From Limisphaera sp. (GTDB lineage: Bacteria; Verrucomicrobiota; Verrucomicrobiia; Limisphaerales; Limisphaeraceae), in the NCBI GenBank assembly GCA_025057755.1, contig JANWVC010000005.1, positions 194,071-258,070 on the forward strand: DNA of 64,000 bases. The letters are read 5' to 3'. A program made the position numbers and the translations under genes. The notes under the pieces are model-generated. The model saw only the letters and a list, made by a program, of their open reading frames with translations, did not search any database and was not told the origin of the DNA. The first letter of the stretch is position 1, and each line of letters starts with the position of its first letter. Of this stretch, positions 47,358 to 56,164 are shown one piece after another.

Positions 47358-50300
47358 ATGAAAATTGGTCTTAGGGCAAAATTACAGGCAGGGCTGCTGG
47401 TTGCGGCGGTGACAGCGGGAGTTTGGACAAGTGCCGCCGGCCAGCCAGCGCGTGTTACGCCACCTTTTGCTCGGCGAGAGTACGTTCCGGGCCATTGGCA
47501 TCAATTGGATGAATTGCCCCCAGGCCGGTTTCAACAGGATTTGATCCTATTACCAGCTCGCGCCCGGGAGCAAGTCCGCGGGTGGTTGCAAAGCTTCCAT
47601 TTCACCTCCGAAGATGTCCTGTCGCTGCACTGTGATTCCGAGGGGGGTGTGTTCTATCGGTGCAATTTCCCGGACCTGCCTGAAAGAGCGGGTTTGACCG
47701 CTGCTGGAGCTCCGCCCTCGGCGAGTGCGACCGCCGTTCCGGTGAGTCCTTTCCCTGACGTATTAAAGTTTCATAGTCGGCCCGGAGCGCCCAATGTGTT
47801 GTTTTTGAATTTCGCCGGCGAGGTTGTGACAAACACCCAGTGGAACACTGAACTCAATCGAAACCAAATCCCTGTGCTCCCGTTCAGTCTCGATGCTGAC
47901 TTCGCGACGTTCAACGAGGCCGAACAGGCGATCATCCGGGCCATTTGGCAGCGCGTGGCGGAAGATTACGCGCCTTTTGAGGTGGATGTGACCACCGATC
48001 GTCCGCCCGTGCTTCACCACCGGGTAGCAATGGTCCTTATTACCCGCAATACGGACGCAAACGGTTTTCCGAACCCCGCCAGTGAATCCGGCGGGGTCAG
48101 CTACGTCAATGTTTTTGGAACGCTGTTTTATTCCCGATATCGGCCGGCTTGGGTCTATGCCAACAATCTTGGATACGTGGAGTCCTATATTGCGGAAGCT
48201 GCCTCCCACGAGGCAGGGCACAATCTGGGTTTGAGCCACGATGGCCGGAGTGATGGAGTGGAATATTATTCAGGTCACGGGAGCGGCGATATTTCTTGGG
48301 CGCCGATCATGGGCGTTGGTTACAACCGCAATGTCACCCAGTGGAGCAAGGGCGAGTATTTTCTAGCCAACAACACACAGGACGACCTCGCTGTCCTTGC
48401 CTCGAAGTTGGGATATCGGCCTGATGATCATGGCTCGACCCTTGCCCTGGCCACTCCACTCGTTCTGACCGACCTGACCAACGTGTTTTCAACGACGCCC
48501 GAAAGCGACCCGATGAACACGAATCGAGTGAATAAAGGCGTGTTGGAACGGAACGACGACGTCGATTGGTTTTCCTTTGTGACTGGGTCTGGTCCGATCC
48601 GGCTTGCGGTGCATCCATGGGTGATGCCATCCGGGACGCGAGGAGGGAACCTTGATTTATGGATCGAGCTGTACGACGGTTTCGGCAACCGCTTGGCATC
48701 CAATAATCCTGCTGCGAGCACGTTCGCGATCCTTGAGATGCGATTGAACGCCGGCATGTATTTTGTGGCGGTCCGTAACAGTGGCGCGGGCGACCCGTGG
48801 AACACCTCGCCCACAGGATATACGCCTTATGGCAGCTTGGGTCAGTATTTCTGGGAGGGCTGGGTTACCGATCCCCGCGGGGTGGCGGTGCCTCCAGTAG
48901 CGGTGCTGAGCGTCGCAGATGTCGTGGAACTGGATCAAACCAATCACCTGCTGACGGTGACCTATTCCGACGATGTCGCCATCCAGGTCGCATCTCTGGG
49001 GGATGACGACCTATTGGTCACCGGGCCGCAAGGCTTTGTTCAGTCGCCTCGCTTGATGTCGCTCAGCACAAACACCAACACTCCCCGCCTGACAGCCACA
49101 TACAGTTTGGCACCACCCAACGGAGACACATGGACGGCGCTAGACAATGGGATTTATGAGATCTGGACTCGGCCGCACTCCGTAGCAGATACAGAAGGGA
49201 GCTGGATTGGCGCCATGCGGCTGGGGCAATTTGCCGTCTCAGTACCTGTGGTGTACTATGCAACTCTGATGGATGCGGATCCGGGCTGGACGCTCGAGCC
49301 GCTGTGGCAGTACGGGATTCCGGCTTACAGCGGGGTTGGGCCCACGGGAGGTGCTACGGGCCGACATCTCATTGGTTACAATCTTAACGGTCTATACGAG
49401 AACAACTTGCCCATGCGTTGGGCCACCACACCAGCCATCTCCACTTTGGGAGCAACGAGTTTAAGTTTGCGATTCCAACGCTGGTTGCAATTGCGCCGCG
49501 GGGATACAGCGCAGATCGAGGTCTCCACCAATGGCACCCACTGGCAAGCGGTGTGGTCCAGTACCGGCCCTGTTGCTGATAACTCCTGGCGGCGGGTTCA
49601 ATATGACTTGCCCGAATCGATGGCAGGTAGCCCCACGCTGCGCATTCGATGGGGGCTGGCGTCCAATCCCTCGCAAGCGGACCTAGGCTGGCACTTGGAT
49701 GACGTTATGGTGGTGGGGCAAGGTGTGCACGACCAACATCCTCCGCGACCATTGTTGCGCGTGAGTGACCTCTCGTTCGCAGGTGCCATTACCCACTCTT
49801 GCAGCGTGGAGTTTGTTGATGAAACCAGAGTCAGCTTGGTTAGCTTGGATTCTCAAGACCTTTGGATCACCGGTCCTAACGGGTATGCAGCGTGGGCTCA
49901 GTTCCTGGCGGCAGACCGCCCCATGGACGCCGATCGTATCGTAGCCACCTACGCTATTGTGCCCCCAAATGGATCTTGGCAGCCGTCTCACAATGGCGTT
50001 TACAGCGTCACCTTGGTGGAAGGCGCCGTTGAGGACGTGTGGGGCCACTCGACACCGGCGACGTTGCTTGGCACGTTTGCTGTGCGCATTCCGATTGATG
50101 AGCCGGGCGTTTTGGAAGTCTGGCCCGATCAAGACTGGTGGCCCACTGCGACTCAGGGCGGTTCGATCACCTCGATTGTGACAACGTACTTATTGACCAA
50201 CCGGGGCGCGGCTGCACTGCGATTCAGTGTGATCTGCAGCGAGGCGTGGCTGGAGGCGAACCCAAATGCCGGAGAGGTGGGACCGTTGGGATCCCAAAAC

Positions 50301-51029
50301 ATCGAGTTGAAATTGACAGACGAGGTAATCCATTTCATGCCCGGGATCCACGCTGCTACTGTGACATTCCTGAATTTGACCACGGGACAAGGCAATACAA
50401 CACGGTCGGTCCGTTTGCAGGTGCTGCCTGCTCAAACACACGTGGTGCACGTTTCGGCCGAGCCGCCCGATTGGGGATGGGTAGAGCCGGCTGGAGGCCG
50501 TTTTACGGAGGGTACCGTGGTCACCCTGTACGCTCGTCCAGCATTGTGGTTTGCCTTTGACACGTGGGCGGGCGACGTCAGGTCCATTGCAAATCCGTTG
50601 ACGTTGGTAGTGACGCAGGACCTTTCGGTAGTGGCTCGATTTGTGGAGCTGAAGACCACCAATCATCCGACCCCACTCTGGTGGCTGGCGAGTTTGGGTT
50701 ATACCAATGAGTTCGAGACCGTGGTCTCCAACCTAGGTGCTAACGGTTTGCCGCTTTGGCAATCCTATGTAGCAGGGTTGAATCCTTGGGACCCGGCTAG
50801 CCAGCTGCGGTTGGATATCGCGTGGGATGCCGTCGGACGGACAGTGCTGCTTGCGTGGACGCCGCAGCCTGGGCGGCTCTATACGCTTTGGCACGCTGAT
50901 GCCCCCGCAGGATCTTTCCAGCCGCTTCCCGGAGGCATTGACATGGATGCCTCCCAGAACACCTACCGAGTGCCGCTGGAACTCCATCGTTCGCCGCGTT
51001 ATTACAAGCTGGGCGTGAGACTACCCTGA
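47358..51029 (+). CDS. secreted mosaic metzincin (reprolysin-like zinc metalloprotease) with PPC, jelly-roll, InlB-B-repeat-like and C-terminal beta-rich modules
   Basis: 1223 aa with a signal peptide. The zinc motif HEAGHNLGLSHDG lies at 48207-48245. A pre-peptidase C-terminal-like module follows (DDVDWFSFVTGSGPIRLAV...MYFVAVRNSG). A MAM/jelly-roll-like module is present (IEVSTNGTHWQAVW...LGWHLDDVMV). A divergent InlB B-repeat-like module is also present (HVVHVSAEPPDWGWVEPAGGRFTEGTVVTLYARP...FDTWAGDV). Confidence 0.8.
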   Translation: MKIGLRAKLQAGLLVAAVTAGVWTSAAGQPARVTPPFARREYVPGHWHQLDELPPGRFQQDLILLPARAREQVRGWLQSFHFTSEDVLSLHCDSEGGVFYRCNFPDLPERAGLTAAGAPPSASATAVPVSPFPDVLKFHSRPGAPNVLFLNFAGEVVTNTQWNTELNRNQIPVLPFSLDADFATFNEAEQAIIRAIWQRVAEDYAPFEVDVTTDRPPVLHHRVAMVLITRNTDANGFPNPASESGGVSYVNVFGTLFYSRYRPAWVYANNLGYVESYIAEAASHEAGHNLGLSHDGRSDGVEYYSGHGSGDISWAPIMGVGYNRNVTQWSKGEYFLANNTQDDLAVLASKLGYRPDDHGSTLALATPLVLTDLTNVFSTTPESDPMNTNRVNKGVLERNDDVDWFSFVTGSGPIRLAVHPWVMPSGTRGGNLDLWIELYDGFGNRLASNNPAASTFAILEMRLNAGMYFVAVRNSGAGDPWNTSPTGYTPYGSLGQYFWEGWVTDPRGVAVPPVAVLSVADVVELDQTNHLLTVTYSDDVAIQVASLGDDDLLVTGPQGFVQSPRLMSLSTNTNTPRLTATYSLAPPNGDTWTALDNGIYEIWTRPHSVADTEGSWIGAMRLGQFAVSVPVVYYATLMDADPGWTLEPLWQYGIPAYSGVGPTGGATGRHLIGYNLNGLYENNLPMRWATTPAISTLGATSLSLRFQRWLQLRRGDTAQIEVSTNGTHWQAVWSSTGPVADNSWRRVQYDLPESMAGSPTLRIRWGLASNPSQADLGWHLDDVMVVGQGVHDQHPPRPLLRVSDLSFAGAITHSCSVEFVDETRVSLVSLDSQDLWITGPNGYAAWAQFLAADRPMDADRIVATYAIVPPNGSWQPSHNGVYSVTLVEGAVEDVWGHSTPATLLGTFAVRIPIDEPGVLEVWPDQDWWPTATQGGSITSIVTTYLLTNRGAAALRFSVICSEAWLEANPNAGEVGPLGSQNIELKLTDEVIHFMPGIHAATVTFLNLTTGQGNTTRSVRLQVLPAQTHVVHVSAEPPDWGWVEPAGGRFTEGTVVTLYARPALWFAFDTWAGDVRSIANPLTLVVTQDLSVVARFVELKTTNHPTPLWWLASLGYTNEFETVVSNLGANGLPLWQSYVAGLNPWDPASQLRLDIAWDAVGRTVLLAWTPQPGRLYTLWHADAPAGSFQPLPGGIDMDASQNTYRVPLELHRSPRYYKLGVRLP

Positions 51030-51162
51030 TCCCGTGCGTTCGGCGGGTGGCCCGCGGGGGCACCGTAATGAAGCTTTTTAGCAACCAGAAGCCCCCCTAG
51101 GAGCTTGGTCGGGGCCCGCACCTTTCAATCCTGGCTGGTCAAGGCTCCGCAACTCTCCTAAC

Positions 51163-52089
51163 GTGCGGGGCATGGTGCCTCTTTCGAAGCCCGATGTAAT
51201 CCTTACACACGAAAGCGACCTTGACGGTCTGTTGGCCGGGGTGCTCTTACAACGGCTGGCTGAAGCTGAATTCGGCGAGCGCGTGCGATTGGAAGCATGG
51301 AGTTACCACGGCTTGCGACAACGGCCGCTGCACGAAAATGTAGCGTGGGTCACAGACCTGAGCTGGGAAAGTCGAATGGATCGCCCCCGTTGGTTGATCA
51401 TTGATCATCATCCCTATGATGCGCCTCCTCGGCACGCCTGTCTGATCCATGATCCGCACAAATCCGCAGCGTTACTTTGTTATGAATTGTGTCGAAAGGC
51501 CGGCCTCAGCTCCTCAGAATTGGATCGTTTGGTGCATCTCAACAACGTAGCGGACCTCTTCCTTGAGGAAGATCCCGAGTTCGAACTGGCCACGGACTAT
51601 GCTAATTTAGTGAAGATCTACGGTTTTTGGAATCTGTTGAGTTTGGTCGAGGGTCAGATTGAACGACTCTTGGACCATCCGTTGTTGGAAGTCATGCGCG
51701 TCAAGCGGGAGGTGGAAAATCCGATCGGTTTGGCGTGGAGTCGTGAACGCATCTTGGAAATCACACCGACTGCTGGACTCGTGGAGACCGTCGTGGGCAA
51801 CCCGAATCTTATCGTCCACCGTTTGTTGGAAGACCCGAAAACGCGTTACCCGGTGTTGATGAGTGTGGTCCGACGTGGGAACGGTTGCCTGGCTGTGAGT
51901 GTGCGCAGCCGCAACGGTGAGGCCCTTAGCCTAGCGACACGGTTACAAGGGGGCGGTCATCCGAATGCGGCCGCGGCTACCTTGCCCCGCTCGATCCGCA
52001 CGGTTGAAGATGCGATTCAATATCTTCGACAGACCTTGAATCCCGTCCCAGCGTCCCAGCTGAATCTGTTGGGAGACCTTTTCCGTTGA
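51163..52089 (+). CDS. DHH/DHHA1 phosphoesterase (NrnA-like)
   Basis: 308 aa with motifs HESDLDGLLAG, LIIDHHP and GGGHPNAAA. The first ATG is at 51172. Confidence 0.8.
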   Translation: MRGMVPLSKPDVILTHESDLDGLLAGVLLQRLAEAEFGERVRLEAWSYHGLRQRPLHENVAWVTDLSWESRMDRPRWLIIDHHPYDAPPRHACLIHDPHKSAALLCYELCRKAGLSSSELDRLVHLNNVADLFLEEDPEFELATDYANLVKIYGFWNLLSLVEGQIERLLDHPLLEVMRVKREVENPIGLAWSRERILEITPTAGLVETVVGNPNLIVHRLLEDPKTRYPVLMSVVRRGNGCLAVSVRSRNGEALSLATRLQGGGHPNAAAATLPRSIRTVEDAIQYLRQTLNPVPASQLNLLGDLFR

Positions 52090-52393
52090 ATTCCTCCGAT
52101 GCCGCAGGGGCATGCTTCTGTCTTGGCGCCGGCAGACCATCGCTACCAGCGCAGCCGCTCCAAGGCAACTGCTGGGACACGGATCGAACAGACAATTGGA
52201 GGCCCTGCCAGAAGAGTGCATCGCACCATGAAGCCGCCGCCGACTGTGCCACCGAGTGCGTTACCAGCACTCACGGTTTGTGCGAGGCAATCCTAGCGTA
52301 CATGCCTCCGCAAGGTCTTGTTAATAACTCGATGCGCGCTGAGAGCGCCCCCTAGCCGAAGGTTTGACAAGTCTTGTTCTAGGTAGGTAAGGG

Positions 52394-53071
52394 ATGACCA
52401 TGCGAAATCGAGTCACCCCACCGCTGGCTTTGCTAGTAGCCTGGTCCATTCTTCCGCCCACCGTCCTGAAGGCAGATACCAACGACACGGTAACCCTGCC
52501 GAGATGGCGATACGAAGAGCTGCTACGGAAAGAAGCAGAGCTTGAGGAAAGACGCCTCACCGAAGAACCCGTCGCCCGGAAAGCTTCGTCTCAGCCTGAA
52601 TTAAAGAGGTCTCAAGACCCGATTCGATTAGGGACGGCTTCCCCAGCACGGCAGGTGGCTGAACCAACCTTATTTCTCACCGGATCACGCGACTCTGCGA
52701 CTTCTGCAGCAGATTTAGCCCGACTTTTTGAACACGATCCAACTCGTACACTTCAACAGTACCGGGGCCAAATCCTGCGCGTCCGCGGGCAAATTGCTGG
52801 CTTCGATAAACCTCTCCTCACCAGTAAGTACTGTGTTTACTTAGAAACGTCTCGTCCGAACATGCGGTTTCGCTGCGTCGTGGAACTGGAAGCAACCCAA
52901 CGCGGGGTGTACGTGGCTGAAGCGGGCGCAACTCTGATGGTGGTAGACGCGTCAGGCAGACGACGGCCGCATTTGCGCTTGGGCCAAACCATCGAATTGA
53001 TGGGTCGACTTCGATCCGTCAATACGCAGCTTCTTGAGATGACCGGCTGTCGGTTGGTTTCGCGGTCCTGA
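52394..53071 (+). CDS. secreted hypothetical protein with C-terminal OB-fold (tRNA_anti-like) region
   Basis: 225 aa with a signal-like N-terminus (PPLALLVAWSILPPTVLKA) and a charged coiled segment. The C-terminal region reads YRGQILRVRGQIAGFDKP...VYLETS...LGQTIELMGRL...CRLV, which resembles OB-fold tRNA_anti-like proteins. Confidence 0.55.
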   Translation: MTMRNRVTPPLALLVAWSILPPTVLKADTNDTVTLPRWRYEELLRKEAELEERRLTEEPVARKASSQPELKRSQDPIRLGTASPARQVAEPTLFLTGSRDSATSAADLARLFEHDPTRTLQQYRGQILRVRGQIAGFDKPLLTSKYCVYLETSRPNMRFRCVVELEATQRGVYVAEAGATLMVVDASGRRRPHLRLGQTIELMGRLRSVNTQLLEMTGCRLVSRS

Positions 53072-53305
53072 GCCGGCCTGGAGCCTCAAGGCTGCTTCGG
53101 CAAATGCCAGCCTGTCGCTCGAGGTGCGTTCGCGTCGGCATCGCGAACCTCTGGTTCCGTGTCAGTCACGCTGCGTGCCTTGAGCCTCTTCCCGGCGCTT
53201 TCACAAAGGAGGACGGATTCCTCCAAACCGACTTTAATATGCGGCGAGCATTGGCATGTTTTCCTCCCGGCTTGGCATGGGACGACGCCGCATGAGGGCA
53301 CGCTG

Positions 53306-53348
53306 CAAAAGTCAAGCGGCCGGACAGATCTTGTCTGTCCGGCCGCTT
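53306..53348 (-). terminator. Rho-independent terminator of the pyrophosphatase gene
   Basis: A perfect 15-bp stem pairs AAGCGGCCGGACAGA (53314-53328) with TCTGTCCGGCCGCTT (53334-53348) around a 5-nt loop. On the reverse strand it is followed by GACTTTTGC. It begins 21 nt after the stop at 53369. Confidence 0.75.
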
Positions 53349-53368
53349 GAGAGGTCGCACCAGCCTGC

Positions 53369-55867
53369 TTACCGCTCCTGTGGGATCCGCATCGCGTAGA
53401 AGGACCGATACACAAACACAAGCGCAATCAGTAGAAGAACCACGGCAATCGATGTTTTCAATCCCACCTGACCGGCCTTTTGCATGGCCACGGCGATCTC
53501 CACTGCCAGCAATCCAAACAGGGTCGTGAACTTGATAATGGGGTTCATGGACACTGAGCTGGTGTCCTTGAAGGGGTCGCCCACGGTATCCCCCACCACA
53601 GTGGCGGCGTGCAGATCCGTGCCTTTCTGACGAAGGTCCACCTCGACGATTTTTTTGGCGTTGTCCCAAGCGCCTCCGGCGTTTGCCATGAAGATCGCTT
53701 GGAAAAGACCAAAGAAGGCGATGGAAATTAGGTATCCAATGAAGAAGTAGGCATTGAAGAATGCCAGGGCCAGGGAAAGGCAAAAGATAGCGATGAAAAT
53801 GTTGATCATGCCGCGCTGAGCATAAACGGTGCAGATGCGGACTACTTCTTTACTGTCCTCCATGGAGGCAGCTTTGGCCGTGAGGTCCAAATTTTCCTTA
53901 ATATACACCACAGCCCGATATGCCCCTGTGACCACCGCTTGTGTCGAAGCACCGGTAAACCAGTAGATCACGGCGCCACCCATCAGGAAGCCCAGGACAA
54001 TTTCGGGCTGCACGAGGGAAAGTTTGCTGATGACATTCCCAAATTCCTTGTCCAGGAGCAGAATGATACCGAATATCATGGTAGTGGCCCCCACCACGGC
54101 GGTCCCGATGAGCACTGGCTTCGCCGTAGCCTTAAAGGTATTCCCTGCGCCATCGTTCTTCTCCAGATTATGTTTGGCCGCTTTAAAGTCGGGTTTGAAT
54201 CCGAACTTGCTCTGGATGTCTTGCTCCACGTTGGGCACGGATTCAATTTGACTCAGCTCGTAAACCGATTGCGCATTGTCTGAAACAGGGCCGAAACTAT
54301 CCACGGCAATGGTGACCGGCCCCATTCCGAGAAACCCGAAGGCTACCAATCCAAACGCAAAAATGGGCGCGGCAAATTCGATGCCCGGTGGCATGACGGA
54401 TTGCAGCGAGTGGTGGCTGGCCATCACCGCCGCGACCAGCATCAGGAACAGCATCAGCAGACCTTGCCAGAAGGCTGAGAAATTACCGGCAACGAATCCC
54501 GACAAAATGTTCAGAGACGAACCGCCCTGGCGCGATGCCGTGACAATCTCCTGAGTATGCCGCGCGTTCGTACTGGTGAAGACCTTGGTAAATTCAGGAA
54601 TCAGCGCTCCGGCGGCTGTGCCGCACGAGATGATCACTGACAAAACCCACCACAAGGCCGGCTGGGACTGTCCGTTGACATCCCGGAAATCGCCCAGCAT
54701 CAACCAGCTCACCAAGAAGGTCAGAGTAATAGAGATTGCTGACGTTAACCACACCAACCAGGTCAACGGCTTCTCTGGATGAAAGTCGGTAACATTCCCA
54801 TACTTGGCCCCGAAGATTGCCTGGTTCACCCCGTAGGCAACCAGGGAGGTCACAATCATCATGATCCGCATGACAAACAACCAAGTGATCAACTTGGCGC
54901 AGATGGCCCCGGTTAAACCCTCCGCACCCAAGGTAAGGGCCAGGAACGAGATCAAGGCCACTCCGGTCACGCCGTACGTTTCGAAGCCATCTGCTGTGGG
55001 TCCAACGGAGTCACCTGCGTTATCGCCCGTACAATCGGCGATGACCCCCGGATTTTTGGGATCATCCTCGGGGAGTTTGAAGACAATCTTCATCAAGTCC
55101 GAGCCGATGTCCGCGATCTTGGTAAAGATGCCGCCGCAAATGCGCAGCGCCGAGGCACCCAGCGATTCCCCAATGGCAAATCCGATGAAGCAAGGCCCGG
55201 TCAGCTCCGGCGGCAAAAAGATCAGAATACAGATCATGAAAAACAACTCGACGCTGATCAGCAGGAGCCCCACGCTCATGCCCGACCGCATGGGGATAGC
55301 CAGCGGCGCCCAAGGCAAACCACGCAGGGCGGCAAAGGCCGACCGGCTGTTTGCCTGCGTGTTAATTCGCATGCCGAACCACGCGACGCCATAGCTGCCC
55401 AGGATTCCCAAGATGGATGACAACAAAATCACAAGGACGCTCCCGGCCGGCATGTGTTGCAAGGTGCCAAAGTAGTAGATGATACAAATGCCGATCAGCG
55501 CCCAAAGCACGGCCAGAAACTTGCCCTGCTGAATGAGGTAACTTTTGCAGGTTTCCCAAATCAGCGTGGAGACGTTTCGCATCGCCTCGTGCACCGGCAG
55601 CGCTTTGGTCTGGAGATACTGAATCAATCCGAAAAGCGCGCCCACAGCGCATACGCCGATGCCCAGCAGCATCAGCGTATAACCACTGGCTCCGCCCAGG
55701 GCTGGGAAATGAACCTCTCGCAAACTTGGCAACCGCAGTTGCGCCTCACTGGCCAAGGTGGAAACCAAGCCTGCACACAAAAACATTAAGACGGTCGTCA
55801 GTACCCGCATATGCTTGAATGTTCGCATACCAGTCATTGGCTCGGAAACTGCCCGTGTGATGCCCAA
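53369..55867 (-). CDS. hppA: membrane-integral proton-translocating pyrophosphatase (K+-independent-type signature)
   Basis: 832 aa and polytopic. PPase motifs are present: DCTGDNAGDSVGPTADGFETY, GGAWDNAKK and GDTVGDPFKDTSSVSMNPIIKF. GNTFKATAK carries Lys at the position that separates K+-independent enzymes from K+-dependent (Ala) enzymes. The start may be an internal ATG, for example 55810, which gives MRVLTTVLMFLCAG. Confidence 0.92.
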   Translation of the reverse strand: MGITRAVSEPMTGMRTFKHMRVLTTVLMFLCAGLVSTLASEAQLRLPSLREVHFPALGGASGYTLMLLGIGVCAVGALFGLIQYLQTKALPVHEAMRNVSTLIWETCKSYLIQQGKFLAVLWALIGICIIYYFGTLQHMPAGSVLVILLSSILGILGSYGVAWFGMRINTQANSRSAFAALRGLPWAPLAIPMRSGMSVGLLLISVELFFMICILIFLPPELTGPCFIGFAIGESLGASALRICGGIFTKIADIGSDLMKIVFKLPEDDPKNPGVIADCTGDNAGDSVGPTADGFETYGVTGVALISFLALTLGAEGLTGAICAKLITWLFVMRIMMIVTSLVAYGVNQAIFGAKYGNVTDFHPEKPLTWLVWLTSAISITLTFLVSWLMLGDFRDVNGQSQPALWWVLSVIISCGTAAGALIPEFTKVFTSTNARHTQEIVTASRQGGSSLNILSGFVAGNFSAFWQGLLMLFLMLVAAVMASHHSLQSVMPPGIEFAAPIFAFGLVAFGFLGMGPVTIAVDSFGPVSDNAQSVYELSQIESVPNVEQDIQSKFGFKPDFKAAKHNLEKNDGAGNTFKATAKPVLIGTAVVGATTMIFGIILLLDKEFGNVISKLSLVQPEIVLGFLMGGAVIYWFTGASTQAVVTGAYRAVVYIKENLDLTAKAASMEDSKEVVRICTVYAQRGMINIFIAIFCLSLALAFFNAYFFIGYLISIAFFGLFQAIFMANAGGAWDNAKKIVEVDLRQKGTDLHAATVVGDTVGDPFKDTSSVSMNPIIKFTTLFGLLAVEIAVAMQKAGQVGLKTSIAVVLLLIALVFVYRSFYAMRIPQER

Positions 55868-56073
55868 AGGCCAACACTTTTTTTGCGGCAGTGCAACCCA
55901 ATTTTGTCACGCTACCGTCCATGGATCGGTCGCGGTGCGCGTTTCAGTTCCCCTGCGTAGTCGAGTTTCGTTCCTTAAGGCAAGCCCGTCCCCAAACCCC
56001 ATAGTTCGGTCGCGTTTTTCGACAAATGCTGCATGGTTTATTGGTTGCCAGGGGCTGTGGGAGCCAAGATTCC

Positions 56074-56095
56074 CATTTGCTTCCGAAAGCAAATG
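56074..56095 (+). promoter_or_regulatory. 9-bp perfect inverted repeat upstream of the phosphatase-RpiB-SHMT gene
   Basis: CATTTGCTT-CCGA-AAGCAAATG lies about 70 nt upstream of ATG 56165. It could be an operator or a 5'-UTR hairpin. One such repeat per window could arise by chance. Confidence 0.25.
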
Positions 56096-56164
56096 ACGAC
56101 ACAGTTCACCGTTGACGAACGTTCTTGGGGCGACAAACTGGACCATCCGTCTGTGACCGAGGGA

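Noticed and set aside
55926-56014. A 9-bp direct repeat TCGGTCGCG, 80 bp apart, in the hppA/glyA divergent region.
   Set aside because: Repeated 9-mers are expected many times by chance in 64 kb. There is no phasing or symmetry to support function.
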